From IMG/VR virus record IMGVR_UViG_3300049009_000874, positions 1 to 64,000 of that record: a stretch of DNA of 64,000 bases, one strand, 5' to 3'. The position numbers and the translations under genes were made by a program. The notes under the pieces were generated by a model, which saw only the letters and a list, made by a program, of their open reading frames with translations, made no database searches and was not told where the DNA came from. Of this stretch, positions 56,901 to 64,000 are shown one piece after another (within the stretch, counting starts at the first letter, position 1; every line of letters starts with the position of its first letter). This DNA comes from a virus. Lineage: Duplodnaviria > Caudoviricetes.

Positions 56901-58596
56901 CTTTTTTCCTCGGATGAAGTTCCGGCTTGTAGAATGACTTCTCCATATCGCGGTATTTGACGTATATCTTTTCCATCTCTGGGAACTTCTTTATCTCCGA
57001 CTCCAGTTTCTCGATGTTTTTCCCTGAGTCGATCAGGGATATCTTGCACGCGGTGTCGCCATCGAACCTTTCAATCTCCAGGCGGTTGTTCGCTATCTTG
57101 TCGAAAACGAAAGATCCCATGCAGAGATTGATCGACTGGTATTTTTTCGACTCGCCTTCCTTGAACGACCCTATCGTGTTGTGTTTTCTGTGCCAATTGG
57201 TGAACAGGTTGAAGCTTGTCAGGTTTCCGATCGAGTGTTCCATGTTGACGGTGTACCCGGACCATTTCGCCCCTATTTCCTGCATCGTAGGTTTCTTGCA
57301 CAGGACAAATGACGTGTCTATGCACGGGACAGATATGGACTTATCGTCATTCTCCAGCACGTGAATTCCGGGATTCCCCCATATCTTTATGATCGAGCTT
57401 TCGTTCGACATGAAGCCGTCGATCTGGTCGCACCAGAGATTGTCGAGAACCATAGTGTCGTCGCGCATCAGCACATACGTTTCGGTGTCGGCTAGGTTGC
57501 TGATCTGTTCGGCGCAAGTGGAATGTTCGATCTCGCCCCACACGCGCGATATCGTTATCGACACGTCCATGCGGTCTTTCGAAGCAACGCAGAGCTCCTC
57601 TAGGAATGATTGTTTCGCGTCCTGTGTCTTCTTGTCCGATTCCGGTCCGTGTATTCCCACGATTATCTTGTTCAGAACCCTCGGGGAAGATCTCAGCAGT
57701 ACCGACATCACGGAAAGCATCATTTGGCGAACCGAGCTTCCCGATGTCGGAATGACGGCGCACGTGCCCTTGTTCGACGTCCTTTTCTCGCATTCCTTTA
57801 TCGACAGCAAGGTTTCGACCTTGCCGTCGACGTCCTCGATGAGCTGTATGGGATTGAACTGTTCCTCGTAGACTCCCCAATACTCTTCCCACCTGCCGAG
57901 AAGGGAACAGTCCCACATCCAGTCCAGGAACGATGTCCAGTGCATGTAGTTCTCGGATTCCGCCTTGGAATGGCATAGCTCTAGGTCGAATCCCATGTCG
58001 CGAATTTGTTTTAGGATATGGTTCGGTCCATATTCGAAATCATGACCGCACCCGTGATTGAGGTCTCTGTACCACGGCAGCTCGAACAGTTCGGAGACGG
58101 ATCTCTTGGTTGCGTAAGCGACGGTTCTGATGTGTCCGCCGACTTCGCCTCCCATTTCGGCGGACCCTCTTCTCGGCTCATAGCACTGAGCGACGAGTCC
58201 GACATTCGGCTTCGAGATCTTCTCGACGAAAGGACGGAGGAACGTCCTCCTCATCGGCAGCATGTCGTCTGTGAACCAGAACAGGTAGTCCCATTCCGGC
58301 AACGGTATGATTTTCTTCAGCACCATGACGAGCGCTCCGAAGTCCTTCAGCGGAGTGTTGTGTATCGGCACGTAGAAATCAGGTTTGTGTTGCAGTATGT
58401 TGTCAACCTCTTCCTGTTTTGGTCTCTTCCCGTCGAAAGCGTGTATGACGGCTATTTTCGTCCCGTAATGCTCCGCGTTGTTCCACGCCCGAAGCCACTT
58501 GGACACGAACTCCTTTCGGTCGTGGGTGACTACTACCGCGAGCTTTTCGCACGGTATATTGGGTATTACCGCAAGTTCCTTAAAGTAATGTAGCAT
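56887..58596 (-). CDS. Two-domain glycosyltransferase-like protein
   Basis: VVVTHDR...LFWFTDD and YVLMRDD GT-A-like motifs; C-terminal half paralogous to the neighbouring gene. Confidence 0.65.
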   Translation of the reverse strand: MLHYFKELAVIPNIPCEKLAVVVTHDRKEFVSKWLRAWNNAEHYGTKIAVIHAFDGKRPKQEEVDNILQHKPDFYVPIHNTPLKDFGALVMVLKKIIPLPEWDYLFWFTDDMLPMRRTFLRPFVEKISKPNVGLVAQCYEPRRGSAEMGGEVGGHIRTVAYATKRSVSELFELPWYRDLNHGCGHDFEYGPNHILKQIRDMGFDLELCHSKAESENYMHWTSFLDWMWDCSLLGRWEEYWGVYEEQFNPIQLIEDVDGKVETLLSIKECEKRTSNKGTCAVIPTSGSSVRQMMLSVMSVLLRSSPRVLNKIIVGIHGPESDKKTQDAKQSFLEELCVASKDRMDVSITISRVWGEIEHSTCAEQISNLADTETYVLMRDDTMVLDNLWCDQIDGFMSNESSIIKIWGNPGIHVLENDDKSISVPCIDTSFVLCKKPTMQEIGAKWSGYTVNMEHSIGNLTSFNLFTNWHRKHNTIGSFKEGESKKYQSINLCMGSFVFDKIANNRLEIERFDGDTACKISLIDSGKNIEKLESEIKKFPEMEKIYVKYRDMEKSFYKPELHPRKKVTLA

Positions 58597-59575
58597 GGGT
58601 TTCCTTTGCCTCCTTTGTTGGATTGTATTTCCTGTAGAGTTTCGCGAACTCTGGATGCCCGTCTATTTCCTTCTCGATGCTTTCGAACACGCTTTTGTAT
58701 TGCTTTTCTCTGTTCTCGACATAATTTACATCATCAGTCCAGCTTGATTTTACGAAGTGAATTATTTTTTCGTTAAAGAAAGTTTTGATGTCATATCCGT
58801 TTTCCTTGATCTCGTGAATCATCCATGATCCTATGTCCAAACTCAAACCGTTGTAGTCGCCATTTTCTCTTGGGAATACCACCATGCTAATGTCTTTGTT
58901 TCTGTATTGATCATTATATTTAAGGTATTCATCGTAATTGATGCTTTTCATGCTGTAATCCTTGACGATATGGTATCCATACCATCTGGCTCCAACTTTT
59001 GTCATAATTGATTTTTTGCAAACAGCGAATGTTGAATTGATATGTCCATTTTCTATGAATTTTTTATCACCTTCGAATGTGAATTCTCCACAATGTCCAT
59101 ATTGACTTGGGTGAGAATGAACGATAGCCACCTTTGGGTCTTTGAATATTTCATTTGCCTCTTCGCACCAATCGTTCTCTAGGACGATCACGTCATCGTG
59201 CATGATCGTGTAGTATTCGGTGTGAACCCAAGGGATCGCCATCTCCAGCGATTGGGCGTGCCCAACCCTGCTCCATGCCCTTATCACTGTCAAGGGCATA
59301 TCTCTCCCGAACCATTTCAGTTCGCGCAGGTCTTCCAGAAAGCGCTGTTTCTCGTCCTGGACAGATGGATCTCCGCACCTTGTGTCCGCGCCATTTATGC
59401 AAACCATGACATGTTCGAGGTGTTTTCGGCTGCTTCTGAGAAGAAGGCTGAACAGCGTCAGCATGAGAATCCTTATCGGACCCTGGGACGTGGCCATTAT
59501 TGCCGTGTTTTTCCCCGGAATCAGCGTTGCGTTCTCGCACTCTTCTACAGAAAAAATCATGTGGTCGTGAGGCAT
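58580..59575 (-). CDS. Glycosyltransferase-like protein (GT2-like)
   Basis: GHAQSLE, TEYYTIMHDDVIV, DIGSW, IIHF; GGAG SD before ATG 59575. Confidence 0.7.
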   Translation of the reverse strand: MPHDHMIFSVEECENATLIPGKNTAIMATSQGPIRILMLTLFSLLLRSSRKHLEHVMVCINGADTRCGDPSVQDEKQRFLEDLRELKWFGRDMPLTVIRAWSRVGHAQSLEMAIPWVHTEYYTIMHDDVIVLENDWCEEANEIFKDPKVAIVHSHPSQYGHCGEFTFEGDKKFIENGHINSTFAVCKKSIMTKVGARWYGYHIVKDYSMKSINYDEYLKYNDQYRNKDISMVVFPRENGDYNGLSLDIGSWMIHEIKENGYDIKTFFNEKIIHFVKSSWTDDVNYVENREKQYKSVFESIEKEIDGHPEFAKLYRKYNPTKEAKETHATLL

Positions 59576-59664
59576 CAAGATACTCCGTTTGCATTTATTA
59601 TAACAAAATCGGAGTTGGAAAACTAGATATATGTGAACCAAGGTTACCAAAAGAAAGGACTCCA

Positions 59665-59793
59665 ATGCTTACTTGCATTTTTTGTTTCTTGGCTGGACTC
59701 GTAATCGGCTGGAATTTCCTGCCCCAACCAGCTTGGGTCAAAGATATAGTGGGAAAAATGTTCGGAAAAAACAACGGAGATACAAATGTCTAA
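59665..59793 (+). CDS. Small membrane peptide
   Basis: AAGGA SD; MLTCIFCFLAGLVIGWNFLPQPAWVK. Confidence 0.7.
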   Translation: MLTCIFCFLAGLVIGWNFLPQPAWVKDIVGKMFGKNNGDTNV

Positions 59794-60346
59794 TTTTCGA
59801 GATGATATAGAAAGACTTACGAAGGTTTGGGATAAAGCCCTATCACAGGGCATATTCGACGATGCCGACGCCAAAGCGGCGAAGGAAGCGAAGAGCAGGG
59901 GGACCAACTTTTTCGGTCAGACTCCAACAGTCCATGACACCGAAATCACGAGAGGCGACCTTGACGGGTGGAACGACGTTTTGAGCACCATGCATGACGG
60001 GATTGCCAATTCCGGGGAAATGCAGGTGATCACCGAGGAAAGGACTCCATCCAAGAAGAAAATCGCGAACCACGCCAAGAAGTTGGCTAGCTCCAACAAC
60101 CCGGTCTATCCAAATACGGTTGGGAAGGACAGCAAGATCAAGCCGGAAACCGATTTCGCTGGCGGCAAGAACCTTCAGAAGCTCATAGACATGAAAGACC
60201 AGCTTCACAATCTCAAGGTGGACTTGACGAAGGGCGAGACCCTAGGCAAGGACGTCAGGAAGATGCGGTCAGCCGTGGAGAACATCAGCCGCGAGATCGA
60301 CAAGATAAGCGACATGTTGAACGGAAGCATCACAGACAACAAGTAG
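59786..60346 (+). CDS. Hypothetical protein
   Basis: GGAG SD; 186 aa; coiled-coil C-terminus. Confidence 0.75.
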   Translation: MSNFRDDIERLTKVWDKALSQGIFDDADAKAAKEAKSRGTNFFGQTPTVHDTEITRGDLDGWNDVLSTMHDGIANSGEMQVITEERTPSKKKIANHAKKLASSNNPVYPNTVGKDSKIKPETDFAGGKNLQKLIDMKDQLHNLKVDLTKGETLGKDVRKMRSAVENISREIDKISDMLNGSITDNK

Positions 60347-60350
60347 AGAC

Positions 60351-60755
60351 ATGGGAAAAAGAAGCAAACTATTGTCATTGATCGCCATCCTTGGGGTGGC
60401 GATTGTTTTCGTGTCCACATTCGGGTCCCCGTTCTCGAGCAACAAAATCAATGGAGAGGAAAAGGGTGAATCCTTCCACAGGATCACGAGAATAAGGGTT
60501 GTGTCCGGAGACAGGTATGAGATCACCTATGTCAAGGGCGGCGATTTGGTGTGCGCGAATTGTTTCTTGAAAGTAAAGACGGTGATGGACTCCAAAAGCA
60601 AGATAATAAACCTGTTCAACGCGGTCCAGAAGCCCAAGGTGTGCGTGCTGGGCAAGAGCGATACGGAATATATGGTGGACATTATTTTCGTTCAAAATTC
60701 CAAAGAGTTCAAATTTTCAGACTGGCTGAAGTCTAATAGGTTGACGTATGGCTGA
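60351..60755 (+). CDS. Signal-anchored protein, possibly a degenerate SNase/OB fold
   Basis: N-terminal TM; RVVSGDRY recalls the thermonuclease RVIDGDT motif without its catalytic residues. Confidence 0.55.
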   Translation: MGKRSKLLSLIAILGVAIVFVSTFGSPFSSNKINGEEKGESFHRITRIRVVSGDRYEITYVKGGDLVCANCFLKVKTVMDSKSKIINLFNAVQKPKVCVLGKSDTEYMVDIIFVQNSKEFKFSDWLKSNRLTYG

Positions 60756-60927
60756 AAGAAACATGATCAAGTGTCCAAGGTGTAGTTGGTCCAGGGTTGT
60801 CGGCAACGACCCCAAAGAGGTGACCGACCTTTATGAATACAAGGGATGCTTGAAATGCAATAATTTCAAAAAGTTCAGGTGCCCAAAATGCGGTCGAATG
60901 GCAAAACAGCTCCCCATAAGAGGCTAG
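60748..60927 (+). CDS. 59-aa protein with three CxxC motifs
   Basis: Not in the ORF track; MAERNMIKCPRC...CLKC...CPKCGRMAKQLPIRG. Confidence 0.7.
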   Translation: MAERNMIKCPRCSWSRVVGNDPKEVTDLYEYKGCLKCNNFKKFRCPKCGRMAKQLPIRG

Positions 60928-62102
60928 CGCTTCTTGCCGGATACGACTATGTGGCTGGAAGCCGCAAGAGAGCCAATCCGGAACGCCGACTTGACAGCTT
61001 GAAGTTCAAGATACACAAATTCAACAACAGGACCAGACCGACGGACAAGAGCAAGATACTTGTCGTCCCAGCCTTCTATGAGTTCGGCGTGGAGACCATA
61101 GGTCTGTCGTTTTGCCTGCCGCAAATAATCCACAAGAATCCCGACCGTTATGTCATCATGGTTGGATGGTACGGAAGGTCGTACCTGTACAGCAGGATAG
61201 CCGACGAGTATTGGGAGCTTGACGAAGAGCACCAATGGCTCAGAGAGTACAGCGACGCCTTCAAGAACGAATCTAGGAACATATCGAGGCTTCAGGGCAA
61301 GCTTTCGAATGTAGGAACGGTCGTCTCCGGAGATGCCATGGCGCAGCTGTGCGTTGAGTACTTCTGCCTTTTCTGCAAGTTGAATTTCGTGACGCACCAG
61401 CACATAGAGACGAGATGCCCGCAGTGCGACGGGCAAGATCTTGTCAAACCCATATTCGGCGACCTCGGGGCTAGCAAGAAGAGGTGCTATTCCGTGCCGA
61501 GCCCCAGTCAGGCTAAGCTCTTGCAGGCGGAGCGGCTGCTGAAGCCAAGGTCGGTCGGTGTTTTCGCGAGGAACAGGGGGAGGTACGGAAGGAACTTGAC
61601 GATTGGCTTCTACGAGAGGCTGCTGGAATCCCTGATCGCGATGGGATACAACCCCGTGTGGATGGGCGAGAAGCAGAGCGTCCATGAGTGCCCGAGGTCG
61701 GATATCGTCAACTTGGTCGGCTGCGAAGACTCCAGAGACTTGGAGTTCACGCTGGCGGTCATATCCAAGTTAGAATTCACGGTTCAGTTCTATACCGCCT
61801 CGACAAGGTTGGCGTCCATGGTCAAGACGCCTTGGATACTCTTCGAGAGCGCGGACCAGGTCGTCGGCAACGGGCAGGAGGGGATGAGGGTCATATTGAC
61901 CACGGATTTCGACAAGAAAAAGATAGTCATATCCAACTTCCAGAGGCTGGCGGAAGACCATGACGGGGGGCTGTCGTTCTTCGAGAGAGCCGTGAGGGAA
62001 GTGAATAATGGAAATTTCGAGACTATAGTAGCTATGGTTGACAATCAAGCTATGACCGAAATGAACATGCGCAAGTTGGACTACTGGTGGAAAACAAGTT
62101 AG
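60879..62102 (+). CDS. GT9-like (heptosyltransferase-type) glycosyltransferase with zinc-ribbon insert; start uncertain
   Basis: GT-B-like layout (YGRNL, DLEFTLAVISKLEFTV, ASTRLASMVKTP); CLFC...CPQC insert. Confidence 0.5.
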   Translation: MPKMRSNGKTAPHKRLALLAGYDYVAGSRKRANPERRLDSLKFKIHKFNNRTRPTDKSKILVVPAFYEFGVETIGLSFCLPQIIHKNPDRYVIMVGWYGRSYLYSRIADEYWELDEEHQWLREYSDAFKNESRNISRLQGKLSNVGTVVSGDAMAQLCVEYFCLFCKLNFVTHQHIETRCPQCDGQDLVKPIFGDLGASKKRCYSVPSPSQAKLLQAERLLKPRSVGVFARNRGRYGRNLTIGFYERLLESLIAMGYNPVWMGEKQSVHECPRSDIVNLVGCEDSRDLEFTLAVISKLEFTVQFYTASTRLASMVKTPWILFESADQVVGNGQEGMRVILTTDFDKKKIVISNFQRLAEDHDGGLSFFERAVREVNNGNFETIVAMVDNQAMTEMNMRKLDYWWKTS

Positions 62103-62134
62103 ATTTCGGCTAAGTGTAAAAAAGGCAGGTCGAT

Positions 62135-63271
62135 TTGAACAATGTATCTGATTTTCTCAAGAGGGCTTCGCAGCGAAACGGATTCGTGAGGGAGAGGTAC
62201 GAGGAGAAGAACGTCCCGACCGAATTCGGCGATGTCTGCATCCTCCCTTTTTTCGGCGACAACCACAGCATGTTCCTCCTGTCGGCTTTTTTCTTACACG
62301 CATACAGGAAGCAGTACAAGTCCAGCAAGTATTTCATAGTTTGCAGCTATCCTGGAATGGCTGGGATGTTCCCGTATGTCGACGAGTTCTGGGGGTTCTC
62401 CGACCATGGGCAGCTTCCGAGGGTATACGAGAAATCGGACGGGTTCGAGAATCATTCCGACATAGTCGCGATCTACAAGAGAAACCTGAACGAGTTCTTC
62501 AGGAACGTCATAGATATTAAGGACGTTTTCTCGAAGTACGGGAACGGGTTCAAGAAGGAGTTCACGAAGGGCGACATCGAATTGTTCCTTCCTTTCGTTC
62601 CCTCGTCGTCCATATTGAGCAAGGAATTCGTAAGGCAGGTGAACACGAGGGCTGGTTACAAGGTCATGTTCTCGCCGACCCTGTACTGCAAGCAGTGGCA
62701 CAACGGCAAGTCGAGGAACGTCAAGTCGAAGAGGGAATTCTGGATGACATTGGCGAGGAAGCTGGAGTCCAATGGTTTTGTGCCGGTGGTGTGGCAGAAC
62801 CACCTCACCCACGACATATCTTCGGAAATGATAGATTCCTGTCTCTTCTTCAACGACAGCGACATCACGAAGGTGCTGTCGGCTATGAGGGCGTGCGGCT
62901 GCTTCATAGATGTGTTCAACGGAACGTCCAGGCTCGCAATCATGGCTAGGACTCCCTTCCTTTGCGTAGACGAGAGATCCAGGTATAACAACATGAAGGA
63001 CTACGAGGTTGAGGATTTGTCCTCGTTTGGTCTTCCCAAGCAACATATTTTTACCTTCAGCACTATTATAACTGATGGAAGTGTGGACACTTGGAACCAG
63101 GATATAGCTCAGAATATAGTCAACAGGCTTAATTCTTTTCTGCCGGATCTTGATCGTGACAATTGGCCGACCACATCGGAGACCTACGATAAGGTCTCTT
63201 TTGAAGACAACGTGAGAACCGTTGAGCCACTTAAAATTGGCAAAAAACTATTGATGATAAATCGAGATTGA
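62135..63271 (+). CDS. GT9-like glycosyltransferase, paralogue of the upstream gene
   Basis: FPYVDEFW, VLSAMRACGCFIDVFNGTSRLAIMARTP. Confidence 0.55.
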   Translation: MNNVSDFLKRASQRNGFVRERYEEKNVPTEFGDVCILPFFGDNHSMFLLSAFFLHAYRKQYKSSKYFIVCSYPGMAGMFPYVDEFWGFSDHGQLPRVYEKSDGFENHSDIVAIYKRNLNEFFRNVIDIKDVFSKYGNGFKKEFTKGDIELFLPFVPSSSILSKEFVRQVNTRAGYKVMFSPTLYCKQWHNGKSRNVKSKREFWMTLARKLESNGFVPVVWQNHLTHDISSEMIDSCLFFNDSDITKVLSAMRACGCFIDVFNGTSRLAIMARTPFLCVDERSRYNNMKDYEVEDLSSFGLPKQHIFTFSTIITDGSVDTWNQDIAQNIVNRLNSFLPDLDRDNWPTTSETYDKVSFEDNVRTVEPLKIGKKLLMINRD

Positions 63272-63279
63272 GGTGATTG

Positions 63280-63546
63280 ATGAGATTAGTACGAGTTGAG
63301 GCTAGGGAACTTCATCCAAATTGTTCCAGCTACGAAAGGGAGATAGCATTCAAGAGATTGTTTGCGACCTTCAAGAAGGCGGTTACCGACGCTGGCATTC
63401 TCCACGACTACAAGGAACATGAGTTCTACGAAAGCGAAGGCAGGAAGAAGCGCAAGAAGAAGCGGGAAGCCGAGGTTCAGAGACTCAAGTACAAGCTTAG
63501 GGAGAACTTCCCCAACAGAAAGACCGACAAGAAAGACAACAGATAG
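63280..63546 (+). CDS. rpsU: Ribosomal protein bS21
   Basis: FKKAVTDAGILHDYKEHEFYESEGRKKRKKKREA. Confidence 0.85.
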   Translation: MRLVRVEARELHPNCSSYEREIAFKRLFATFKKAVTDAGILHDYKEHEFYESEGRKKRKKKREAEVQRLKYKLRENFPNRKTDKKDNR

Positions 63547-63561
63547 GTCAAAGGAAAAAAT

Positions 63562-63831
63562 ATGAGCAAGAAGGGTAGCATCATGAGTTTGTCCGTGGAT
63601 TCCGAAATTCAGGACAAGATGAAGATCGTAGCCAAGAAGAGGAACATATCGGTTTCCAAGCTCGTCAGGGATTTGGCCGACAAGTTCCTCAACGAGGAGG
63701 ACAACGTCGACATGGTTGTTCTGAAGATACCTAAGATCCTAAGAAACGATGAGGTTAAACTGAGGGAATGGATAGACCAGAGGAAGGAATTGGTAACGAG
63801 AACCCTGATGTCTCTAAAAGACCCGCAGTAA
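63562..63831 (+). CDS. Ribbon-helix-helix (CopG-like) protein
   Basis: IMSLSVDSEIQDKMKIVAKKRNISVSKLVRDL. Confidence 0.75.
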   Translation: MSKKGSIMSLSVDSEIQDKMKIVAKKRNISVSKLVRDLADKFLNEEDNVDMVVLKIPKILRNDEVKLREWIDQRKELVTRTLMSLKDPQ

Positions 63832-64000
63832 ATTTCAAGTCTCTTTCGATAGTGGGTCTGGACAAGATCCCGCTCGCGAAGGAGTCGCCGGTCGATGACC
63901 TGATGTATCTTTACGGGATTTCCAGCGCGATGATCAAGCTGTGCGTGGACGGCGGCGGCGTCGGTCTCTCGGCGGTGCAGGTCGGATTGCCATTCAACCT
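63768..64000 (+). CDS. def: Peptide deformylase, N-terminal part (runs off the window end)
   Basis: Not in the ORF track; manual translation gives GGVGLSAVQVG (PDF motif 1); start 63768 or GTG 63852. Confidence 0.75.
   Translation, partial: MDRPEEGIGNENPDVSKRPAVNFKSLSIVGLDKIPLAKESPVDDLMYLYGISSAMIKLCVDGGGVGLSAVQVGLPFN

Noticed and set aside
1578-63046. Many long antisense or alternate-frame ORFs (e.g. 1578..2783, 6600..7676, 9728..10726, 35966..36862, 48334..49254)
   Set aside because: They overlap well-supported genes and are explained by GC3-biased codon usage; no recognisable motifs

Overview
A gene-dense 64-kb segment of a large T4-like (jumbo) lytic bacteriophage genome using the standard genetic code. 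No rRNA, tRNA, CRISPR array or transposon was found. Replication/recombination core: UvsW, gp41/DnaB-like helicase, UvsY, gp32 SSB, UvsX/RecA, Ski2/Hel308-like helicase, and DnaE split into two genes 13 kb apart. Nucleotide metabolism: dCMP deaminase, dNMP kinase, ThyX. Host-type genes: bS21, peptide deformylase, RimI-like GNAT, and a PrkA/YeaG-YeaH-SpoVR operon. There is also a large glycan toolkit (Glf, Gmd, HldE, about nine glycosyltransferase-like genes, a CapK/PaaK-like ligase). Most unusual: (1) an ~800-nt ORF-poor, highly structured region with its own promoter, directly upstream of a thumb-less, exonuclease-dead family A polymerase coupled to a sigma region-2-only protein; (2) an intein-less split DnaE whose active site is divided between two polypeptides; (3) a 2198-aa Stig1-like Cys-repeat protein co-transcribed with a ligase and a glycosyltransferase; (4) a second ~230-nt structured, possibly 6S-like RNA; (5) a recurrent nTAnATA late-promoter-like motif, often preceding genes with a T4 capsid-targeting-like N-terminus; (6) a gene-32-type autoregulatory operator built from 11-nt tandem repeats. 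A Planctomycetota host is a tentative inference. All calls are by-eye motif recognition; no searches or folding programs were run.
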